Positions 1 through 8,835 of a DNA stretch of 56,481 nucleotides are shown here, piece by piece (positions within the stretch are counted from its first letter, which is position 1; the number at the start of each line of letters is the position of its first letter). A model generated the notes under the pieces. That model was not told the DNA's origin. It worked only from the letters and a program-made list of their open reading frames with translations, and ran no database searches. A program made the position numbers and the translations under genes. Source of the DNA: a virus. The DNA lies in IMG/VR virus record IMGVR_UViG_3300047494_000053, positions 1 through 56,481 of that record. The stretch is one strand, 5' to 3'.

Positions 1-127
1 ACGCCGGCGCCCATCACAGGTGCCGGCGATGTTCTTTTTTGAAAAAAAGAAGCAAAAAACTTTTGCTTTAGTGCCCGTCAACGGCGAGAGGAACGGGCGG
101 CGCGGGGTCTGGCACTTTGAAGGCTAC
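1..127. repeat. Terminal direct repeat, left copy (circular-assembly overlap)
   Basis: Bases 1-127 are identical to 56355-56481 when read side by side. Confidence 0.95.
32..67 (-). terminator. AT-rich hairpin plus T-tract immediately after the stop of CDS 68..700
   Basis: Minus-strand RNA reads AGCAAAA-GUU-UUUUGCU (pairs 51-57 with 61-67) followed by UCUUUUUUU. The stem is weak (7 bp, AT-rich). Confidence 0.4.
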
Positions 128-700
128 GCCAGGCACCGGCGGGGGCGCCCGGGAAACGATAACTGGCGCATCGGGCGCCGGCTGATCTCGTCCGCCTTGG
201 AGCGACGCGACGAAATCGCCCCACCATCCGCCGTCGTTCTGGAAGATCGACTGCCAGAAGCCGCAGTTATCGTGCTGGCGCGATTGATATATCCAGCCTG
301 CGCCGGCTTCGAGCGGCGCGGGAATATTGACGATAAGGCCGAATGACCGGTGGCCGAGGTCATCATTAGCGATGCCGCGCTCGCGGATCGGCATGGCGTA
401 TTTCACAAGGTGCGTGCCAGGCCAGAACTGCACGATCCGGCGGTCAACATAGGCGCCTTCGCAGGGCTTTGCCGTTCGAGTGTTATCGACGTCGACCACC
501 ATGACGGAGCCATAAGCGACGGCGGAGTGCGCCTCGCCGGACCGGTAGGAGACCCGATACCGCTGGGTTTCGTAGACGCCGTAGCTGCCGAAGGTGAACA
601 TCGCGCCCAGGGTCAGCAACAAAAGCCCAGGCACAAACCAGCCCAAGAGAGCGCCGATGGACCGGTCATGAAGCAGGAGCTGCTGCATTTCCTTGACCAT
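68..700 (-). CDS. Membrane-anchored hypothetical protein (210 aa)
   Basis: ORF 68..835 with the start moved to ATG 700 (TAATG overlap with the upstream stop). N-terminal TM helix GALLGWFVPGLLLLTLGAMFTF. No family recognised. Confidence 0.55.
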   Translation of the reverse strand: MVKEMQQLLLHDRSIGALLGWFVPGLLLLTLGAMFTFGSYGVYETQRYRVSYRSGEAHSAVAYGSVMVVDVDNTRTAKPCEGAYVDRRIVQFWPGTHLVKYAMPIRERGIANDDLGHRSFGLIVNIPAPLEAGAGWIYQSRQHDNCGFWQSIFQNDGGWWGDFVASLQGGRDQPAPDAPVIVSRAPPPVPGVAFKVPDPAPPVPLAVDGH

Positions 701-1083
701 TATTTTTCCACTCCTATCCAGCCGAACGGCCAGAGGCTCCGGATCAGTTGAAGCGCCGGCGCTGCCCAATCTTTGAGTGCCCATACCGCAAGCCCTCCAG
801 CCATGCTTAGCGACATACGCACAAGCTGCGACCATCGTCTCGCGCGCCGCAGCTTGCGACTTGTCCTGGCTTCGACCTGCTCGCGGCCAAAGTCAATTAT
901 GGCCTTGAGATTCTCGACGTCTTTCCAGGTCACGTCCTGGCCGGTGGGTGGCAAACCCATGAGAAAACAAACGGCTGCCTCCATGAATGCCTGCCGCCGT
1001 CGCAGGTATTTTACCTCCTCGATCATCGAACCTTCGAAGGCGGGCATCGGCAGATTAGCGCCGCGGTCGGAAGGTTCGGTCAT
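700..1083 (-). CDS. Hypothetical protein (127 aa) with hydrophobic C-terminus
   Basis: ORF track. Lies directly downstream of the tail tip gene in the same orientation. Confidence 0.5.
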   Translation of the reverse strand: MTEPSDRGANLPMPAFEGSMIEEVKYLRRRQAFMEAAVCFLMGLPPTGQDVTWKDVENLKAIIDFGREQVEARTSRKLRRARRWSQLVRMSLSMAGGLAVWALKDWAAPALQLIRSLWPFGWIGVEK

Positions 1084-1126
1084 CAGGTTCGCCCGGCTGT
1101 TGCTTCGTCTTCACACCATTGCAGTA

Positions 1127-3748
1127 TCACGTCGTCGCGCAGGTGGCTTTTGCAGAGGTCACGGGCTGATTTGATGGCGGTGCGGCGAATGTGTCGGCGG
1201 TGCCTGCTGCATTGTAGGTGACAGCGGAGAACGTCACGCTCGCGCCCGATGGCAGGCCAGTGATCGAGGCGGAGCTGGCCGGCGCGGCAAAATCCTGATG
1301 CTGAAAAAGCGTGTAGCTGCCAGGGGAACCGATCCAGCAGAAAACCCGGTAGAAGGTCGGCGCCGGGCCCGATTGCGGCGTCCAATTCAGGAGCACCGCT
1401 CCGGTGCCGCTCGGCGCGGCCGTCAATGCAGGCAGCAACGCCGGATAGCTCGGGCCGCCCGTCACGGTGAAGGGCGCCGAGACGGCGGAATAGGTCTGCC
1501 CGAAAGCCGCCTGCATGGCGCAGGTGTTTGCGACGCCGCTGCCCGATCCGGCTTGCACTGTGGCGGCTGGCACGAGCATGCGCGTCGAGCCCGCCGGCGC
1601 CGTGGTCGAATCCGTGCCATTCCAGCCGATGGTGAAGCTAGTCGGCACCGGACCGGCCGGCTGCGACCATGTCACCAGAAGGCCGCTGTACGAGCCGTCA
1701 GGATTGTAGACATTGACCGCGGAGGCGATGACCGGCGCCGGCGGCGCGGTGGGCGTGTATTCGTAGGTGACGCAATCCGCCAGGCTTTGCGGCATAGAGC
1801 CGAACAGGTTAACGGTCGGAAACTGGAAATAGATCGGCTGGCCGACGTACTGCGGCGGCAGCGTGTATTGAAACACCTTCGACGGATCGATGCGCGCGAA
1901 AGGTGCGCCGACGGCGTGCGCGGCCGGCGCTGTGCCGTACAGCCCGCGTTCGAGGAACGTCAGGTTCGCGGTGTATTCGCCGGTCGGCACCACATTGCCG
2001 TACGCGAGCAGCTCGCCGTCGATCATGCAGAGCGTGCGGTAGGCCGCCGCATCCGCCTCTGTGGCCGTGGCCGGGATGACGCCAAGGCACTCGCTGAGGT
2101 CGATCGCCAGCGTGTTCGTGGTGTCCAGGCCGGTCGCCAGCGGCAGCGCGGCGGTGAGCGTGCCCTGAAGGCTGGGCGTCGCCGACTCGCCGATCTGGGT
2201 AAAGGTGGTGTCATCGAAAGAGACGAACACGCCGGCCCCGCCGACATTGGCGCCGCCGCTGAGGGCGATCCAGATTTCGGGCGTGCCCCCGGTCAGGGAA
2301 GGATCGGGCTGCATGATGGCGGGCGGATTGATCGGGCCCGGCGGCGTGGTGGCATTGTAAGGGGCCATGCCGGCGCCAGGCTCGAATTCCTGGATATTGG
2401 CTGTGCCGATCCCGTAGACGAACTCCTCGGCAACGAACGCCAGGTTGCCGGTGTTATCTTCGTCGACCTGCTTTATGCGCACCGGGAATTTCGACAGGCC
2501 AAGGTTCGGATCGGTCAGGGTGACAATGTCGCCCGGCAGGAGGAGCAGAAAGTAATACCCGAGCTTGAATTGATACTCGTTCCGAATGTACTGGGCCCGC
2601 TGGCCGATGAGCGCCACGGCCACACTTGCACTCTCGACGTTGCAAATCTCGGTCGAGCTGATGTTATTCGGGGCCTGCACGCCGATGTGGTCGATCGACG
2701 AGGAATCCTGCCACCGGAAAGGCGTGTCCTGGTAGGCCGGCGAATTGGCGACGCCGCCGTTCGTGGTGCGGATCGAGCAATTGAGCTGCACCTGATTGAA
2801 GCCGTCGGCCGGGTCTTTCCGATTGACGGTGACAGGCGGCGACGCCTGGCGGCCGTTCTTTTCGACAACGACAAAATCGTCAGGGCCGAGGTCATAAATG
2901 GGGGTGACGTTCGGCACGTAATTGACGCCGTGCGCGCTGATGGGCGCATCGCCCAGCGGCACCACGATAATCGCCGTGCCTGACCAGAATATCCAGAAAT
3001 TCCCGACGTTGGCCCACCGCTGCAGGATGCTTTGTACCTGCTCGGCATCCTTGAGCAGCGGCGAGACGAATATGCCGGCGGCCAGGTTGTACACCAGGAG
3101 CGTGCTGGAGCCGGCGAGGCCGCCCTCATTACAATTCTGGATGAGCGACGGGTCGAGGTTTACTCCGTAGCGCGGGTTCGTCAGGAAATCCGGGATGATG
3201 TCGCCGAAATTTGCGTCCGGGAGGTTCGTGTTGGCATTGTCGCAGTGGACGCCGGTGAAGGTGCCGAACAGCTCGAAATTGATATTCGGCAGGGTGGCGC
3301 TTCCGCCCAGGTCGAGGTTCGCGTGGGCATAGTAGGTGGTGTAGGCATAGGCCATGTCCTGGCCGTTCTCGGCGCCGTATGCCCATGGCGCCTGGTCGGC
3401 GGTGCCGGGAAAGATGCCGCCGCCGTAGCCCGCCAGCGTGGTTTCGCTAACGCCCACCCAGATGCGGCCAACGCCTGTCGTGTGGCCTGCGGTCGATCCC
3501 TCCGCCAGGGCGATCACAACCGAGGCGGTGTAATCGTTCGGCGTGTTTGACTTTCCGCCCTTCCCCCCAGACCCCTTTTTATTGTTCGTGCCCTGGAAGC
3601 CGAAATAGCCGATGCAGTTTCCGGCGATCTTTTGGGCGCCCCAGAAAATGGGGATCGGCAGGCCGTACGCGCTCGTTTGAATTTGCAGGCAGGTATAGAC
3701 CGGCGGCTTGCTCGATTTGACGCCGGTTGAGCCGCCGAGCATTCCCAT
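1127..3748 (-). CDS. Central tail fiber / host specificity protein (lambda gpJ / GTA g15-like), 873 aa
   Basis: Glycine-lysine N-terminus (GSGGKGGKS). FLTNPRYGVNLD resembles the gpJ THPRYG motif. C-terminal FN3-like repeats (LLVTWSQPAGPVPTSF, LLNWTPQSGPAPTFY). Last gene of the tip module. Confidence 0.8.
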   Translation of the reverse strand: MGMLGGSTGVKSSKPPVYTCLQIQTSAYGLPIPIFWGAQKIAGNCIGYFGFQGTNNKKGSGGKGGKSNTPNDYTASVVIALAEGSTAGHTTGVGRIWVGVSETTLAGYGGGIFPGTADQAPWAYGAENGQDMAYAYTTYYAHANLDLGGSATLPNINFELFGTFTGVHCDNANTNLPDANFGDIIPDFLTNPRYGVNLDPSLIQNCNEGGLAGSSTLLVYNLAAGIFVSPLLKDAEQVQSILQRWANVGNFWIFWSGTAIIVVPLGDAPISAHGVNYVPNVTPIYDLGPDDFVVVEKNGRQASPPVTVNRKDPADGFNQVQLNCSIRTTNGGVANSPAYQDTPFRWQDSSSIDHIGVQAPNNISSTEICNVESASVAVALIGQRAQYIRNEYQFKLGYYFLLLLPGDIVTLTDPNLGLSKFPVRIKQVDEDNTGNLAFVAEEFVYGIGTANIQEFEPGAGMAPYNATTPPGPINPPAIMQPDPSLTGGTPEIWIALSGGANVGGAGVFVSFDDTTFTQIGESATPSLQGTLTAALPLATGLDTTNTLAIDLSECLGVIPATATEADAAAYRTLCMIDGELLAYGNVVPTGEYTANLTFLERGLYGTAPAAHAVGAPFARIDPSKVFQYTLPPQYVGQPIYFQFPTVNLFGSMPQSLADCVTYEYTPTAPPAPVIASAVNVYNPDGSYSGLLVTWSQPAGPVPTSFTIGWNGTDSTTAPAGSTRMLVPAATVQAGSGSGVANTCAMQAAFGQTYSAVSAPFTVTGGPSYPALLPALTAAPSGTGAVLLNWTPQSGPAPTFYRVFCWIGSPGSYTLFQHQDFAAPASSASITGLPSGASVTFSAVTYNAAGTADTFAAPPSNQPVTSAKATCATT

Positions 3749-3783
3749 GCAGGTTCGCCTATCGAAATATGAACGGGGCTCTG

Positions 3784-4209
3784 ATGCCGGACTGGAAAAT
3801 CACGCGGTGGTCGCCAGGTCCGGAGACCGAATGGGACCGGCTCGCGTGCAGGTGCGGTCGGCTACCGGAAATGCTGGAGGCGCCGCGCGCGTTCCAGGTT
3901 TCCTGCAGCCGCTGCGGGCGGCAAGGCCCCCAGAGCCGCAGCAAGGCCGCTGCAGCGCGCGCGTGGCGCGCCGATATCTGCGGCTTCCCGGTGACCTGCG
4001 ACCCGATGAACATGCTGGAGGTCGAGATACCGGGCGAGATACCGGCCGGCATGGCGCCAGAGGGCGCGTTCTTCCAAATCGTGAAGGCCGAGGACGGCAA
4101 GGTCTGGCTCACCGGGCCGGTGGCCGCGCCGACGCATGTGGCGAACGGGCAGGCCAGAACCCAGAAAAGCGAAAGGGCCATCCCAGCGTCCCGGAATGGC
4201 CCCCTCTGA
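3784..4209 (+). CDS. Lar-like zinc-ribbon protein (restriction-alleviation family-like N-terminus) with C-terminal extension, 141 aa
   Basis: CRCG-x17-CSRCGRQGP...AAAARAW matches the Lar pattern CxxC...CxxCGxxGP...AxxAWN. GC3 of this frame is about 85% by hand count. Encoded opposite to the tail operon. The ORF track starts at TTG 3727; ATG 3784 is preferred. Confidence 0.5.
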   Translation: MPDWKITRWSPGPETEWDRLACRCGRLPEMLEAPRAFQVSCSRCGRQGPQSRSKAAAARAWRADICGFPVTCDPMNMLEVEIPGEIPAGMAPEGAFFQIVKAEDGKVWLTGPVAAPTHVANGQARTQKSERAIPASRNGPL

Positions 4210-4360
4210 TCGGTGCAGGGCTTCGCGCCCGACCGGCGCCTCTCTGACCGCCCCTGCTACTACCCGCTCGACAAGCCGATTTTTAGAACGGGAAAAGTCA
4301 ATTCTGGCCCTAACGGGAGGGCGAGCCCGGCGACTTTCGAAGCCGGCACCGTCGCGCCAA

Positions 4361-4486
4361 TTATCGGCAGACGCAAGGGAAAACTCCCACCGGCGCCAAT
4401 GGCGATGCCTCACGCGCGAACAGCGCTGCAATGAGCAGCAAAGCGCCAAATGTGGCCAGCGCGATCGCGGCCACGTCTCGCCACAT
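4361..4486 (-). CDS. Possible 41-aa single-TM micro-protein
   Basis: ATG 4486 overlaps the NlpC/P60 stop as TGATG. Sequence is MWRDVAAIALATFGALLLIAALFAREASPLAPVGVFPCVCR. Below the ORF-track size cutoff. Confidence 0.3.
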   Translation of the reverse strand: MWRDVAAIALATFGALLLIAALFAREASPLAPVGVFPCVCR

Positions 4487-5019
4487 CAGGTCCGCAGCCT
4501 CGCCCAGAAGTCATAGTAAAGCGGCGCGTGGCCGGTGCGCGTTAGGTCCGGCCAGGTCCGCTCGGTTCGCCGGCATTTCCGCTGATCGGCGAAGGCGTGC
4601 ACGATATAATTATCGTCGATGATGATGCCCGAGTGCGCGTAGCATCGGCCATAATGGAACACCATGACGTCGCCGGGCTGTGGCGTCTCGGTTTGCTCGC
4701 CGATCGTGCCGAGCCACGCCAAGTATTTCTCCTCGCTGCGCGCGAGGAACCACGTCGGGCTGTACGGCCGCGGATCGAACGGTTCGAACACGCGGCCCTC
4801 GACGAGTGCAGCCACCAAAAGCATCGAGCAGTCGACGGCGCCCTGCGGTCCCTTCGTGTAGCCGAGCTGGCGGTATGGCGTGCCCACCCATGACAGCGCC
4901 GCCTCAATGACGCGGGCGCGCTGGAACCGCTCCAGCGCCGCATCCACGCAGGCGTGAACCGGGACCGGAAAGAACGGCTTAGGCTCGCTATCCGCCGGCT
5001 TGTCCCGGGTCACCTTCAT
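4486..5019 (-). CDS. NlpC/P60 family cell-wall peptidase (lambda gpK / GTA g14-like tail protein), 177 aa
   Basis: Motifs WVGTPYRQLGYTKGPQGAVDCSMLLV (catalytic Cys) and GDVMVFHYGRCYAHSGII (His). Start moved to ATG 5019 (MKVTRDK), because the upstream part of ORF 4486..5313 overlaps the preceding gene. Confidence 0.85.
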   Translation of the reverse strand: MKVTRDKPADSEPKPFFPVPVHACVDAALERFQRARVIEAALSWVGTPYRQLGYTKGPQGAVDCSMLLVAALVEGRVFEPFDPRPYSPTWFLARSEEKYLAWLGTIGEQTETPQPGDVMVFHYGRCYAHSGIIIDDNYIVHAFADQRKCRRTERTWPDLTRTGHAPLYYDFWARLRT

Positions 5020-5027
5020 GGCAGCTC

Positions 5028-5939
5028 CTAAGCGCCGAAATCTGCCGGCGGCACGTATGGGAATCCGCGGTTGTGCTGGAGGTTGTCGAAGAACGCGCAG
5101 CCCTTGGCGCCGCGCGTGCGGTCGCACCCATAGGTCACGGTGAAAGTGTCGCCGGCCGCCGGCGTCTCGCCCACCGGATAGGCCAAGCCAACGCCGGCGG
5201 CGGTGGCCTGGCCGCCCGGGATCGTCCGCACCGCGCCTTCGTTGGCGCCGCTGGTGAAGGTGATATAGCCGAGCGCGAAATTGGCGTAATTCGCCGGCGG
5301 GGTCGCGCCCCAATTTATAAAGAACCGGGTCGAGCCCGCGCCGACGCTATTGGCAACCGTGTAAGCGGAGCGGGCCGGGCCACCCCCTGGCGCGCCGGGA
5401 TCTGGCGCGCACCCGTCGTCATAAACGCTGTGGATGCACGAGGTCATATATTGGTTGCGCGGCATATACTGCGCGAGCGCCACGTTGGCGCCTTTGACGG
5501 TCAGCTTGATACCGATGGCGTCGATCGACGTCTGCGCCACATTCCCGCCGAAAAGAGGCACGGCGCCGAGGCTGGTGTCGCCTGGTGTAGGCATGAACAC
5601 GCGGGAGAGGAGAACGGTCGCATAATCGAACAGGCCGTTGCAGACCGCCGCTTTCAGGTTGGAGCCGTCCGGCATGTCCATGCCGTCGGAATTGATCGTG
5701 ATATCCATAGATGGAACGTCGATCGTGTTTTTGACGCTCCATTTTTGCCGGGAAATGAGTGGACCGCGGCCGGTGGCGAACAGCGGCGAATATGTGTAAG
5801 GCGCGGCGAAAAGCGTTTGATCCCACGACGTCCAGGCGTAAACAGTGCCGTCCGCCAGCGTGATTAGGAAAAGGTCCGCCTGATGCGCGTTCCGGCGCGA
5901 GGCCAGGAATGCGATCAACGCGGCGTTTGCTGGGCGCAT
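5028..5939 (-). CDS. Tail tip protein, DUF2163 / BR0599-like (GTA g13-like), 303 aa
   Basis: N-terminus LFLITLADGTVYAWTSWD and C-terminus TYGCDRTRGAKGCAFFDNLQHNRGFPYVP fit the TIGR02218 plus BR0599 pattern. Synteny with the neighbouring tip genes. Confidence 0.75.
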   Translation of the reverse strand: MRPANAALIAFLASRRNAHQADLFLITLADGTVYAWTSWDQTLFAAPYTYSPLFATGRGPLISRQKWSVKNTIDVPSMDITINSDGMDMPDGSNLKAAVCNGLFDYATVLLSRVFMPTPGDTSLGAVPLFGGNVAQTSIDAIGIKLTVKGANVALAQYMPRNQYMTSCIHSVYDDGCAPDPGAPGGGPARSAYTVANSVGAGSTRFFINWGATPPANYANFALGYITFTSGANEGAVRTIPGGQATAAGVGLAYPVGETPAAGDTFTVTYGCDRTRGAKGCAFFDNLQHNRGFPYVPPADFGA

Positions 5940-5940
5940 G

Positions 5941-7317
5941 TCAGTTTTTCAGGGAGAAAATTGTGGCCTTTTCGAGCGCCCAGAGGCCGGTTGAGAATTT
6001 CGAGTATTCCAAACTATCCTCCTTGAGCCGGACGAAATAGCAGAACGCGAAGTCCGCGGTAACCGGCTGGCCGGCCGGCGGTGCCATGGCAAAGGTGACA
6101 GTATTCCCATAGGGAACGCTTGTGTCGATCGTGAAGCCGCTGCTCTGCGCGATGCCGGCGATATAAACAACGGGCGCTATCACACGTTCGTCGACGTTTC
6201 CCACTGGCTCGGTGCCGGTGAAGGGCCCGAGCGTGCTGAGGCCGTAGGTGCGCACGAAGACGAACGTTTTGGTCACCCCGTCGCCCATGCCGATGGCCTG
6301 GCCGGTGACCTGGTTGTCGTCAGGGTCCCGGAAATAGAACGGCCAGAAGGTGCCCACCCGGCTGAGGAAAAACCCGATCATGGTCTTTATGTCGGATTGC
6401 GTGTTCGACCCGACATTCTGCCCGGTATCGCCGAGCACTTCGTAGGTGAGGTCCCATTCCCATTGCGGGTTCGCCCAATAATTGACGGCGATTTCCCGGC
6501 CTGATGACCCTGTGGCGCGGCCGACCGATTGCTTCGGCGTCTTCTTGAGCGGAAGCGCGAGAGCGACGAGGTCCGGATAATACGGGATCACAGGCAGCTC
6601 CGTGTACGGGACGAGCACCTCGATGACGAGCTGGCTCGCCCGCACGAAGGCCGGGTTCGATTGCTTGTAGAGCGCCTCGGTGACGATCTGGCTGGCCCTG
6701 GCGCCGGCAGGGTCCTTTGTCAGCGCCTCCAGGATGATTTGAGAGGCGCGCAGGCCAGCGGGGCTTCTCGCCAGCGCCTCGGCCACGATTTGGCTTGCGC
6801 GGGGCGGGAGATTTGTGCCGCCGCCGTAGCCGAATAGGAAGCGGTTCTGCCGGCGGCCCGCGTAGGGCCTCGCGTCGAAAAAGGCATTGAAGCGGTGGAG
6901 CGCCTGGCGGACGCCGAACGCCTTTGCCGGCGAGGGCGGCATTGGCGGCACGCCACGGGCTACCTGCTTTGCCGCCCGGCCGGCGAACGGCGTCTCGAAA
7001 AAATGAGCCGCAATGGTGCGCGCCAAGCGGCTTTGCGATGGAAGCGCGCCAGCGGGCGGCGGGACAAATGCGGGAGCGGCTGCTGGGCGAGCGCGGCGCC
7101 CTTGAAAGCTCTCCTGCGCATGTGCCGCAAACATGACGTGAGCACGATTGCCGACCGGCAGCGGCGTGGGAGGCGCCGAGCCGCCGATCGCAACAAACAT
7201 GACCTGTTTGCTGACTTTGGCGGCCGGGTTTACCAAGGCGACGAATTGGACCTGCTTACTGACGGACATGCCAATGCCGACAGTCGCAACGAATTGGACC
7301 TGTTTCGAAACCTCCAT
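5941..7317 (-). CDS. Distal tail protein, DUF2460-like (GTA g12-like) with repeat-containing N-terminal extension, 458 aa
   Basis: The C-terminal half (NYWANPQWEWDLTYEVL...FWPFYFRDPDDN) fits the TIGR02217/DUF2460 pattern. The ORF-track start at 7347 is TTG and overlaps the upstream gene; ATG 7317 is preferred. Confidence 0.7.
   Translation of the reverse strand: MEVSKQVQFVATVGIGMSVSKQVQFVALVNPAAKVSKQVMFVAIGGSAPPTPLPVGNRAHVMFAAHAQESFQGRRARPAAAPAFVPPPAGALPSQSRLARTIAAHFFETPFAGRAAKQVARGVPPMPPSPAKAFGVRQALHRFNAFFDARPYAGRRQNRFLFGYGGGTNLPPRASQIVAEALARSPAGLRASQIILEALTKDPAGARASQIVTEALYKQSNPAFVRASQLVIEVLVPYTELPVIPYYPDLVALALPLKKTPKQSVGRATGSSGREIAVNYWANPQWEWDLTYEVLGDTGQNVGSNTQSDIKTMIGFFLSRVGTFWPFYFRDPDDNQVTGQAIGMGDGVTKTFVFVRTYGLSTLGPFTGTEPVGNVDERVIAPVVYIAGIAQSSGFTIDTSVPYGNTVTFAMAPPAGQPVTADFAFCYFVRLKEDSLEYSKFSTGLWALEKATIFSLKN
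6613..6801 (-). repeat. Four in-frame RASQ(I/L)VxE(A/V)L repeats inside CDS 5941..7317
   Basis: RASQIVAEAL, RASQIILEAL, RASQIVTEAL and RASQLVIEVL, spaced 17-19 aa apart. Confidence 0.8.
7189..7311 (-). repeat. Three in-frame VSKQV(Q/M)FVA repeats (16-aa period) at the N-terminus of CDS 5941..7317
   Basis: VSKQVQFVA, VSKQVQFVA and VSKQVMFVA. The DNA repeat aaacaggtccaattcgt recurs. Confidence 0.8.
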
Positions 7318-7321
7318 TTTT

Positions 7322-8332
7322 TTAGTCCGCTTGGTAGCCGGCTTCAAAAGAAGTATTCAATTCCGCGGGCATCCAAGCGACACCGCTGGCCGGGGAATTG
7401 GGCTGCACATACAGTACCCCGGGATAAGAAAAAGCGCCCGGCGGGGTTTGGGCGGCCGTCAAATACTGTGTGCCGCCGATGAGTTGCGCCACCTTCAAAT
7501 TCGATAGTGTGCCCTGTTCGGCCCTTAATTCCGTGAATACCGCCAGCACAATGCCAGAAACGCCGCTGCTCATCGCGTAACGCTGGGCGTCGCCCGCGCT
7601 GCCCGCTGCATCGAAATTCGCGTCGTTTACGGTCTCTTGCGCGGCATTGGTGTACGCCCCGGTCCATTGGTCCAAGGTGCCAGCCCCGGTCGCATTCATG
7701 GTCTTCAACCCAAGGAAAGGAAGGGTTGAAGCGCCTGCGTCCGTGTAATGCTCTGACCAAGAACACAATGCGCCAAAAGACGGCGCCCAAGCGCCGTGAT
7801 ACGTCCCGGCCAAGGCGCTCACGCCGTCTGTGGTAATGTCACCCGAGTATGAGAATATCTGCGTTCCATTAACGTAAAGGTTTAGGTGTCCGCTTGTGCT
7901 ATAATTGAAATCCGCGTCGAACTTATCCGGCACCGATGGCCCATAATTGAAGCCGCCGGTGGTTGTCCCCAGCAGTGTCGTCGCGCCGACCGAGTTGACC
8001 TTATACACATAAAATGGGCCGCCGGGGCCATCGCCCGCGCTATTCAAGATGATGTAGAGCCTTAAATTGCTTGAGGCGTCGACCATTCCCCACATTTTTT
8101 GGGTGCCGTCGCCGCTGTCCGCATTGCACCAGACCCGAGCCGTGGCCCACCCGCTCGAAAGGGTTCCCTGCGGCCAAATACGGATGTCATAGCCGCCGCC
8201 ACTATAGCCCCGCCCGTAACGGGAATATGCCGGGCGATACCGGTTGCTGGCGGTTTGCATGCTCAAGCCGCTGCCGCTGCCGTACACGAACTGACCGTCT
8301 TCGCCGCAGCCGTCCCAAGGAATAGAAGCCAT
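7322..8332 (-). CDS. Hypothetical tail/baseplate-associated protein with jelly-roll-like N-terminal part, 336 aa
   Basis: ORF track. Shares apparent architecture with CDS 8836..9954 (HLNLYVNGTQIFSYSGD versus SFDIHVNGNSAFSMSGV, and similar C-terminal W...D.D...GG...W.P..N pattern). Confidence 0.6.
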   Translation of the reverse strand: MASIPWDGCGEDGQFVYGSGSGLSMQTASNRYRPAYSRYGRGYSGGGYDIRIWPQGTLSSGWATARVWCNADSGDGTQKMWGMVDASSNLRLYIILNSAGDGPGGPFYVYKVNSVGATTLLGTTTGGFNYGPSVPDKFDADFNYSTSGHLNLYVNGTQIFSYSGDITTDGVSALAGTYHGAWAPSFGALCSWSEHYTDAGASTLPFLGLKTMNATGAGTLDQWTGAYTNAAQETVNDANFDAAGSAGDAQRYAMSSGVSGIVLAVFTELRAEQGTLSNLKVAQLIGGTQYLTAAQTPPGAFSYPGVLYVQPNSPASGVAWMPAELNTSFEAGYQAD

Positions 8333-8355
8333 AGCCGAAACCTTTCATAAGCGGC

Positions 8356-8823
8356 TTAGAACACTTCCTCGAAAGTTATCGTCCCGCTCATGAACTGGGC
8401 GGCACCGCTCGGCGCGGCATCGAGCGATACGACGAGGGCTTCGCCCGGGCCAACCACGATGCGGTCTTCGGCCGGCGGGAGATACAGGTAGCCGTTAACC
8501 ACGTTCAGCACGTCGGCAATCAATGTCTGGACAGCGCCCGACGTGGTTGTGCGCCCGGTGTCATTTGCGTGCGCCGTCACGGTGGCCGCAGCATCGTTCA
8601 AGCTGACCGGGACCGGTGTGGGCGCGGTGCCGCCGCTGCCGGGCGTCACGGTGGCCGCCAGGCGCTTGATGCTGATAGGCAGGTTGCCCACCGCGGTCGC
8701 CGTGATCTGCCCCAGAATGACGCTATGCACCTTGATCGCTCGAGCGCCGGTGAAGATCGTCAAAAGGTCCTGCACGGCGCTGACAGACACGCCAGCGAAT
8801 TGAACGGTATAAACGCGGCTCAT
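8356..8823 (-). CDS. Hypothetical structural protein, 155 aa
   Basis: ORF track. High-GC3 frame within the tail operon. Confidence 0.55.
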   Translation of the reverse strand: MSRVYTVQFAGVSVSAVQDLLTIFTGARAIKVHSVILGQITATAVGNLPISIKRLAATVTPGSGGTAPTPVPVSLNDAAATVTAHANDTGRTTTSGAVQTLIADVLNVVNGYLYLPPAEDRIVVGPGEALVVSLDAAPSGAAQFMSGTITFEEVF

Positions 8824-8835
8824 CGGGTTGTTTCC

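Noticed and set aside
1298-2983. 561-aa plus-strand ORF antisense to the gpJ-like gene. Similar long shadow ORFs occur elsewhere, e.g. 18081..20342 (753 aa), 23026..24270, 8569..9402, 38830..39729 and 39411..40325.
   Set aside because: Arg/Gly/Ala/Asp-rich translations typical of off-frame or antisense reading of high-GC coding DNA. Each lies wholly inside a gene with clear family motifs on the other strand or frame.
5020-5313. N-terminal extension of ORF 4486..5313. The same kind of extension occurs in ORFs 68..835, 15805..16818, 17401..18345, 30866..31759, 32169..32831 and 44601..47774.
   Set aside because: The extensions overlap the upstream gene, look like off-frame sequence, and internal ATGs sit in ATGA/TGATG coupling overlaps.
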